DNA of 64,000 nt from Octopus vulgaris (taxonomy: Eukaryota), in the NCBI GenBank assembly GCA_951406725.2, contig OX597816.1, positions 114,142,001-114,206,000 on the forward strand, read 5' to 3'. Shown piece after piece: positions 56,358-64,000 of the stretch. Position numbers and translations under genes: made by a program. The stretch's first letter is position 1; every line of letters starts with the position of its first letter. The notes under the pieces are model-generated. The model was not told the DNA's origin. It saw only the letters and a program-made list of their open reading frames with translations, and did not search any database.

Positions 56358-56653
56358 ATAGTTAGTGTATGTATGGATGTGTCTGTAAACTAGATGACAC
56401 TAACTCTGCCTTTGCCCCTTTCAGAATGATTGCATGTCAATGACGATACATTGCAGGCAACCAGTCTTTGTGGTAGTGTCATTCATCATCCTATAACAAC
56501 AAGAACAATGCAATGATAGGAAACTTCCATCACCAGCACAATTTCTATCCTTATATATGGTGTCAGTATCAGATTGTAGTTGATGTTGGATTTAAGTAAA
56601 GATAATATAGGGTTATTCAGTTCATAAGAAAATACATAGTAATAAGTCCTTAC

Positions 56654-56776
56654 CCCAATGTGGTATACTGGGTGATCGAGGGGCGGTACCTCCACGTTTG
56701 TGAGGGGGAGAATCCATCTTCTGGGTGGCAGAGGCAGGGCGAATGTCAGGATACCCAGTATGCCATGGCACTTCCC
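56654..56776 (-). CDS. Internal coding exon (123 nt, frame-preserving) of an unidentified minus-strand gene
   Basis: The minus strand reads ctttcaccacattctttttgttgtAG|GGGAAGTG...CCACATTGGG|GTAAGG, giving a strong polypyrimidine acceptor and a consensus donor. It is a GC-rich island in AT-rich DNA and its length is divisible by 3. The phase-1 frame is open: (G)EVPWHTGYPDIRPASATQKMDSPPHKRGGTAPRSPSIPHW(G). The phase-0 frame is also open (GKCHGILG...YHIG). The protein is not recognised. Confidence 0.7.
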
Positions 56777-57245
56777 CTACAACAAAAAGAATGTGGTGAA
56801 AGTAAATCAGGCTGTTCTCAAATTTATCCTCAAGAAAGGTCACTTTCTTTAAATAATTAAAATAGTCAACAATATTTTACAGAAGGCCACGTTATTAAAT
56901 AGAGATGGTCACTTTAGAATTAATGGCTCCAAATAGCAAATACAAAGCGCATATATGTGTGTGTGTATGTGTGTGTGTGTGTGTGTGTGTATGCATGTGT
57001 GATTGCCTGATTGATAATTAGTAAAATCTGGTTGTGTAGAACATTTGTAACAATGCAAAAATAAAGGAATGGAATAAAAATTCAAAAATAAATATTAGCT
57101 ACTATCTAAAGAGTTTTAAAAAAGAGAAAAAAGAAAATGCAAGAAATGAAGAATAAAAGACAAATATGGAAGAAGCCAACTTCAATGAGATACAGGTTCT
57201 TCAATTTGTCACAAACTATTACTGATGCAAAAGTATGAGAATATT

Positions 57246-57452
57246 CTTTCCTACTCAAGGTCCAAAATTTTGGGGGAGGGGCCAGTCGATTAGATTGACC
57301 CAAGTATGCAGCTGACACTAAATTTATTGACCCCAAAACGATGAAAAGCAAAGTTGACCATGGCAGAATTTGAACTCAGAATGTAAACACACACGAAATA
57401 CTGCTAAGCATTTTGCCCAGCGTGCTAACATTTCTGCCAGCTTGCCGTCTTA
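57246..57452 (-). mobile_element. SINE family A with near-perfect 13-bp TSD
   Basis: A full-length reverse copy with flanks gtatgagaatatt / gtatgagtatatt. Confidence 0.9.
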
Positions 57453-57634
57453 ACGTATGAGTATATTGACTAAGTGAGGTAAAGAATTATTGCTGTTAAG
57501 TATTCTTCAGAACACAAAGTATGCTTTCTTTAGCTACTGTGACTACAGTTCTTATTGCTATCTTCATCTTTACTTACCTTTACTATTACCGCAACTAATA
57601 ATCACTGTTATCATCATCATTATTCTCACCAATC

Positions 57635-57847
57635 AAGGTGGTGAGCTGGCAGAATCGTTAGCACATTAGACGAAAAGCTTAGTGGTATTTCGCCTGTTGC
57701 TATGTTCTGAGTTCAAATTCCGCTAAGGTTGACTTTGCCTTTCATCCTTTCATGGTCGATGAATTAAGGACCAGTTGAGTATTGGGGTCGATGTAATTGA
57801 CTTACCCCTCCCTCAAATTTCAGGCCATGTGCCTATGGTAGAAAGGT
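57635..57847 (+). mobile_element. SINE family A with near-perfect 15-bp TSD
   Basis: A full-length copy with flanks ttattctcaccaatc / ttattctcaccgatc. Confidence 0.9.
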
Positions 57848-58397
57848 TTATTCTCACCGATCCCCTCTGCTTCAGCTACTCTCAGTTGTTTCTCCCTTGT
57901 AATGAATTTTCTTGTATCCTGCTTCTTTTTTTAACCCCCCACCACTTTTTTTTTTTTAGATCTGTGCTGCAAATATTACATCTGTAGTTGGTTCCATGTT
58001 TCACTCAATGTATCTGAACACTTATTCATCAGCAAATCATCCCTCCCTAAGAACTAGAGAAAAAAAAATCCACTGGTTCAAAAACACCTGTCTTTTGTCA
58101 TTACTATGCTAGTATATATGAACACACACACACACACACAAGATGAATAAGCAGAGAAAGTATAGTGCTAGATAGAATTCTATACACTATATTTATTCTG
58201 GCACTGCTGAGGTCAACTTGCCTTTTATCCTTCAGAGGAGGAGGTGGTAACTATAGTACCAGACAAACATGGGGGTTGATTCTTCTCCACTTTCTGTTCT
58301 ATAATTGGCTATGTTGCACAAAAGGATGAAGGATTAAATGAAGGGCCAGCAACCTCTTCTTACAGAAAAGCTAATAGGCAACTGAAATCACTCAAGA

Positions 58398-58591
58398 ATG
58401 GCCTGAAATTTAAGGAGAGGAGGTTTGTCAATTATACCAACCCAAGCACTTGATAGGTATTTATTTCACTGAATCCAAAAGGATGGAGGCAAAGTTGACC
58501 TTGGTGGAATTTGAACTCAAACATAAAGACGGATAAAATGCTGCTTAGTATTTTATCCAGAGTGCTAATGATTCTGCCAGCGTGCCACCTT
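58398..58591 (-). mobile_element. SINE family A
   Basis: It contains ggcaaagttgaccttggtggaatttgaactca...gattctgccagcgtgccacctt. Confidence 0.85.
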
Positions 58592-58730
58592 GAATGTAAT
58601 GTTATTAAGAATAATAATAACAATGATAATAGTAATGAATGTGTTTGAACATGTGTGCATGTGTGTGTGTGTAGCACAACTATAACAAAAGTCTACACAA
58701 TATTTATCATTATCATCACTTAACATCCAC

Positions 58731-58821
<91 letters not shown>

Positions 58822-60834
58822 TATACAGATTTACATCTCTCTCTCCCTCTCTGTCTGTCTCTCTCTCTTATACATATATATGTAAAACATGCACAAATGT
58901 GTTTACATAAATGTATATACATAAGTGCAAGATGGAGGCAGAAAGATAGGGGAATATTTTGAGATAATGAGAAAAGATTGCATATTACAACATACACCAT
59001 CATGTAGCAAATGTAACTTAGAAAAATGAAAATAATGCAAAACATTTCTGTATATCAAATATGAACTACATAAACCTGAATTCGTACAATGATAAAAAGT
59101 TTTTGCATATATTATAGGTATAATAATTAACATGATAATATGGAGTATCCAATCCAAATTATTAGCAGAATGACAGCACTAGAAAAATGCACAGATATAC
59201 TGCATATACTTTTTATGAAGTGGTACATATTTTTTTGCGAGAAGGAATGCTTATTTAATTAACACGAAATCAGATGGTCTGTTGTATAATATCCTTGCTG
59301 CTGTTTTTAATATTAAAGTTTTTGTTGTTTTTTCTTTTTTTTTAATTGACTGAGCTTTTAGAAATAGGTGTTAAATTTAGTGTTTATTTAGTTTCGTGTC
59401 TGTGTGCTCTGAGTGCAAATCTTACCAGAAATAATTTAATCTAATATCATCACTTCAGTGCTGATAATACAAATAACTATAATACAAAGGCATTGATTGA
59501 ATTCTTTTCTTTTTCTCTTGAAAGAAAACTGAATTCTCTTTCTCGAAGGAGAAATAAAGTGCATTGTACTTGAAAATGATCATTAGCAGGATATTTTCTT
59601 CAAATCAAGCTTATTATTTTTTTTATTTCTGTGTTGCAACCAGGATTTTTTTCAAAGACGGAAAGGCAGTACATGTCCTTAGATCATGCCATATAGTTTT
59701 CACTGCAGTTTTGATTACAATTTATTTACTCCCTACAGATATTCAAATTCATTCAAATACAATAAACTCAGGTTAGATACTGGTTTAACCAATAAAATAC
59801 CCAGGCATTAGACACATTGATATTAAGATATTATCACAATTTTTAAGTTCAAACTAAGCTCTGGGTGCTATAGTAAAATTAAAAGAGTTTTAAAAAACCC
59901 CAGTTAATTGTTCAAGTAGCAACCAAATTTTATATTGATTAACTGTGTTTATGGATTAAAGTAGGATTTAAGGGTCCTGCACAGTTTGTTGCAATATTGT
60001 ATTTTAGACAATAATTGTATCAATGCAAAAGATAATAAATTAGTTATAACAAAGAAAACTTCTGTGACCAGTTTTGTGAAGGTAAATAACGCCTAATTAA
60101 GGATGGTTCCATTAAACTGGGAGACTATGTTTAGATCTCATCTCATTGTTTGCAGCCTTCTAATTGTCACCAATTGCTTTACCATTTCTACCATGCTGTA
60201 ACTAAAATTACTTTCCCCAATTATCGTTATCAGTAATTAAATTCTATTCCAGCTAGTATGGGAAGAAAACTTTGCCTTAAAGAATACATGCTTACTACTT
60301 TATTTTAACTGGTTTATAAGAAACCAGTTGAAGAAGTGGTATTTCACTTTATGCTGAGAAATAAAAAAGACAACCATATGGACCATTTGATAAAAAGGAA
60401 AGTAGTTTTGATGTTAATTAAAGGTTATGCTTTCATATGTCTAGAGCCTGTAAACATTGGAAAGCTTATATTTAATTAACACTAATAATTTAATACTTCA
60501 GTACATATTAAAAGGCTGGGAACCATAGTATTGCTTCAATACAAGCCTGCTTTGTTAAAAATCACTTAGAGTGCCAAGTGAAGAGAGAATGATTAGATTG
60601 AAGAGGTAAACTGGTAGATGAAATTAGGAAAACAAAATTCTGTTCCAAGGTTACAATTGTTTTAAAATAAAGAGGATGCAAAGATGCAAACATAAAAATA
60701 TGACTTAAAATAATTCAAATTCTAAGCTTGGATTAGTCTGTACATTTAGTCAGTTAAGCACAAGAGAATCAAAAATTTACTTAAGTTTATCTAGAAAGCA
60801 AGCTGGCCAAATTTTGAATGAGAGCATGATGATG

Positions 60835-61085
60835 ATCATCATCATCATCATTTAGCGTCCACTTTCCATGCTAGCATGGGTTGGACGGTTCAACTGGGGT
60901 CTGGGAAGCCAGAAGGCTGCACCAGGCCCAGTCTGATCTGGCAATGTTTCTACGGCTGGATGCCCTTCCTAACGCCAACCACTCCGTGAGTGTAGTGGGT
61001 GCTTTTTACGTGCCACCGGCACAGGTGCCAGACGGGGCGGCAAATGGGCACGGTTGGATGGTGCTTTTTACATGCCACTGGCACA
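60835..61085 (-). mobile_element. 3' part of a (GAT)n-tailed retroposon (SINE/RTE-related), young copy
   Basis: It reads (cat)n-ttagcgtccactttccatgctagcatgggttggacgg...ctggatgcccttcctaacgccaacc and is CpG-rich. Homologous copies lie at 26772-26930, 23225-23420, 26270-26480, 53085-53250 and 50540-50720(+). Confidence 0.8.
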
Positions 61086-61529
61086 GATATACAAACATAC
61101 AAACAAAAATATGGTATACAAACAAAAATATAATTTTAGCCAAGTGAATGAAAAATGAAATTTAACATGCTCCTTGGTTCTGATTGGCTATTTCAAGCAG
61201 AGAATAGAAACTTGGGATCAAGATAATTTCACAAAAAGTCCAAGGTCTAAAGAAACAAACACATAATGCAATTTGGTCATGAGAGGATATTCAGTAGCCT
61301 AATCTAAAAAATTGTTGTTTGACCTAAAGTCAACCATGATTGATCAAAAGCCTTCTAGCCATGACCATTCTGTCTTTCCAGCAGCCAAACTGTATCTAGG
61401 ACTAAAATAGACAATTTTGTCCTAGATACAGTATGAATGTGGAAACTAAATAGGAAGAGAAGAAATTTAGTCTAGGGTAACACTGATACTCTCTACATAG
61501 TAAGACAAATAATACAAAGAACATACTTG

Positions 61530-62560
61530 ACTATGAATAAGCTCTTACACCTAGCATTCATTGACTTGAGAGGACCTTTGACAGGGCTCTATGCTCTGGA
61601 GTTAGGTGAGTGTAAAGAAAACTGATTAAGAAAACTTAGAGGTTGAAGAATAGCTTGTGAGTGCTGTGCAAGCTATGGGTAGAGCCATTATTGGACCGAT
61701 GAACGTTAGCGATGTGTTCCCTACAGTGTGTCTATCAGGACTTGATTTTTAGTCTTCTCATTTATTATTGCCTTCCAAGCCATAACAGTGGAGTTTAAGA
61801 TCAGCTGCCATGGGAATTCATGTCTGCTAATGGTCTAATTCTTATAGGTAAATCTGTCAAAAATTTACATAAGGAACTGGAAATTTGGAAGCAAAATCCA
61901 AGAGGTTTAAAAGTATATCTAGCAAAAACTGAAGTTTTAGATAGCAGGAAAGAAAGCACAACAAATTTATACGATGTGCCTAGTGTAAATTACAAATGCA
62001 CAAGAGGTATAGTGACCTCAAGGGCAAGTTGGCAAAGAAGGCAGCAAAGAAGAGAATCTGCTGTGTAACAGATTCACAGGAGTAGATAGCAATAAGAGAG
62101 AGTGTGAAATATATTCTTTCAAGTGCTCAGAAAGCACCCAAGGAGTGAATAGTTTTGTAACCTACATAACTCAATTAGCTGTAGAAATGGATTCTCTCAG
62201 TGAAAGAACAAATTGGTGAAAATTAAAGCCATTAACTCTGCTAGGAAAAAGTTTCTCTCACTGGTTAAAGGATAGGTTGTTTGGGGCTTATGTATGAAGT
62301 GTGCTGCATAGTATTGAACACATGGGTCTTGAATGAAGGGGGTTTGAAAAAGCTGGAAAGAACTGAGTTAGCATCATATTCCACTGGATTTGTAATGTTA
62401 GCGTGCATGAACAATGGAACTCAAGTGAATTTGACAGAATGATTGAATATAAGATGAACCAAATGCAATGTGAAGGAGAAAATAATATGCTAGTATAGGC
62501 AAGTTGTGTGCCAGAAGGATGTTACATATTAAGAAAAGTGAGGAACTGAAAAAGACAGGG
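61530..62560 (+). mobile_element. Decayed RTE-clade LINE reverse transcriptase/3' region
   Basis: Frameshifted remnants are NKLLHLAFIDL (cf. LYLAFIDLEKAFD), PWEFMSANGLILI (cf. PWELLYADDLVLI), GLKVYLAKTEVL and KLERTELA. Many stop codons are present. Confidence 0.8.
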
Positions 62561-63087
62561 ATGAACCTTATGTTATATTAAGGGTCATGACAAGTGTGTG
62601 AAAAACTGTTCTGGAGAACACTTGACTAACCTGCACAAGCATGGTAAAACAGGGTTAAAAATGATGATGGTGATGCAGGATGCTATACTAACACTTTGAT
62701 CTGTCTTGTCTGTTATGTTCACATGATGTCTGCCACCATCCCTCTTTGTTAATACTCTCCATCTATTGGTTACTCTCTCATATATCACTTATTCTCCAGC
62801 CTATATCTTTTTTTTTTTACTTTATGTTCCTTCTACCTTGCTGCTTCTATGTAAAGGTAAGCTACATATTATATTCAGTCCTGACCCCTTTAAAACACCC
62901 ATCTTTATTATATCACTCCCCACTCTCTCTTAGTTTTGATACTAGCTTTTCCATCTTCCATAGAAACCATGCCAAATAAATGGAATGTACCAGCAAGATG
63001 TATTCCTTGACCCAATTAAGAGAACAATAACACTGAATAAAAACTGGTTTGAACTGACATGATCTGTCCCACCTTTGCCAGCAGGGA

Positions 63088-63116
<29 letters not shown>

Positions 63117-63118
<2 letters not shown>

Positions 63119-63306
63119 GTAATCTCTCGCCATATCGTGTTTCACCTATCATGGATTTTTCTGGCTAATATATGTAAATTTATATTACAGACTCCTCAGA
63201 ATATCGTGGGTTTCTGTGGCCAATAGGTATTTATATTTTTTTAGACTTTAATTATTTCTGTGGGACGTTTTGGAATGTAACACCTGTGTTAGTCAATGAA
63301 TTACTG
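63117..63306. mobile_element. pogo/Tigger-type MITE
   Basis: The ends are cagtaatctctcg...gtcaatgaattactg followed by TA, and it is inserted in (TA)n. Confidence 0.55.
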
Positions 63307-63334
63307 TATATATATATATTTCAAAATGTGACTG

Positions 63335-63530
63335 CATGTGTACTGTTGGCGATTTTTTTCCTCCTTCTTCCCTTCCTTGGATCTTTCCTTTTCCTATGTT
63401 TCTGACGAAGTGCTCCGCTCGAAACGTTAAATCCTCCTTCTTTCTTTCCTTTCCTGAGCGTCCAATAACACTATACTTGTTCCACGTCCTCGCGTTGTTG
63501 TATTTTCTCTTTGTGTTTTCATGTTTGGAT

Positions 63531-63535
<5 letters not shown>
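63335..63535 (+). mobile_element. Probable Penelope-like pseudo-LTR fragment
   Basis: A CpG-rich (young) segment of about 200 bp between (TA)n tracts. It has a pyrimidine-rich body and contains the hammerhead motif at 63398-63432. Confidence 0.55.
63398..63432 (+). ncRNA. Minimal type I hammerhead ribozyme motif in a different repeat family
   Basis: GUUU-CUGACGA-A-GUGC-ucc-GCUC-GAAA-CGUU-AAAU. It shows the core boxes, the palindromic ACGU stem III, stem I GUUU/AAAU and stem II with one mismatch. Confidence 0.65.
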
Positions 63536-63567
<32 letters not shown>

Positions 63568-64000
63568 GTGTATATGTGTGTGTGTGTGTGTGTGTATCTT
63601 TAAAACTAGATCTAAATGACATTACATGCTTGCAAATATACTGAACCTTCTTTACCCAGTGGAAAATGATGGAAATTATTTGCAAAACTCAAAAGACTAC
63701 CAAATTTTTCTTCTCAACCAATTTTTGCCAGTGGCTGAGAATTTAAAAGTAAACTCTAGATTCACTAAGTAGACCAGACAATTGCAACACAGGTATCAAC
63801 TAAGGTGGAGATTATCATCTGTAACTACTTGCACTATAAACATGTGAATATAAGCAGAACAGGTTATGGAAGAGTGGTCATGAAAAATGGGATGGCTGAT
63901 GACCAAACCTGAGAAAAATAAGTATTGTGACAGAGATATGAATAAAGTGGAAAATAATGATAATTTAAAGAAATTCAATTACTCCTTTACTCTTTTATTT

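Noticed and set aside
59426-59460. Possible 35-nt minus-strand exon (AG...GTAAGA)
   Set aside because: It has stop codons in all three frames.
59559-59574. miR-33-like GTGCATTGTA
   Set aside because: It is only a 10-nt match with no hairpin.

Overview
AT-rich, microsatellite-dense animal genomic DNA. The repeat families look like coleoid cephalopod, most likely Octopus; this is inferred from recalled repeat sequence, not a search. The window reads as mostly intronic DNA of a large minus-strand gene. One well-formed 123-nt internal exon is visible (56654-56776, product unidentified), plus a CpG-retaining, SINE-free zone at about 44.5-48.6 kb that may be an internal promoter. Nearly all ORFs in the track are microsatellite or repeat artefacts. 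The window holds many tRNA-derived SINEs (several with clear target-site duplications), RTE-LINE remnants and TIR MITEs. The most interesting signal is a short non-autonomous element built from a tRNA-like Pol III head, an (AAT)n spacer and a tail with a Penelope-type minimal hammerhead ribozyme motif. It occurs twice as head-to-head inverted dimers (38821-39353, 55327-55720). Other repeat families here also carry hammerhead-like motifs (63398-63432, 7361-7395, about 4720-4783). Secondary observations are an 18-nt identity to miR-137 with no hairpin, and a diverged tandem pair of decayed coding units. No rRNA, intact tRNA gene or CRISPR array was seen.
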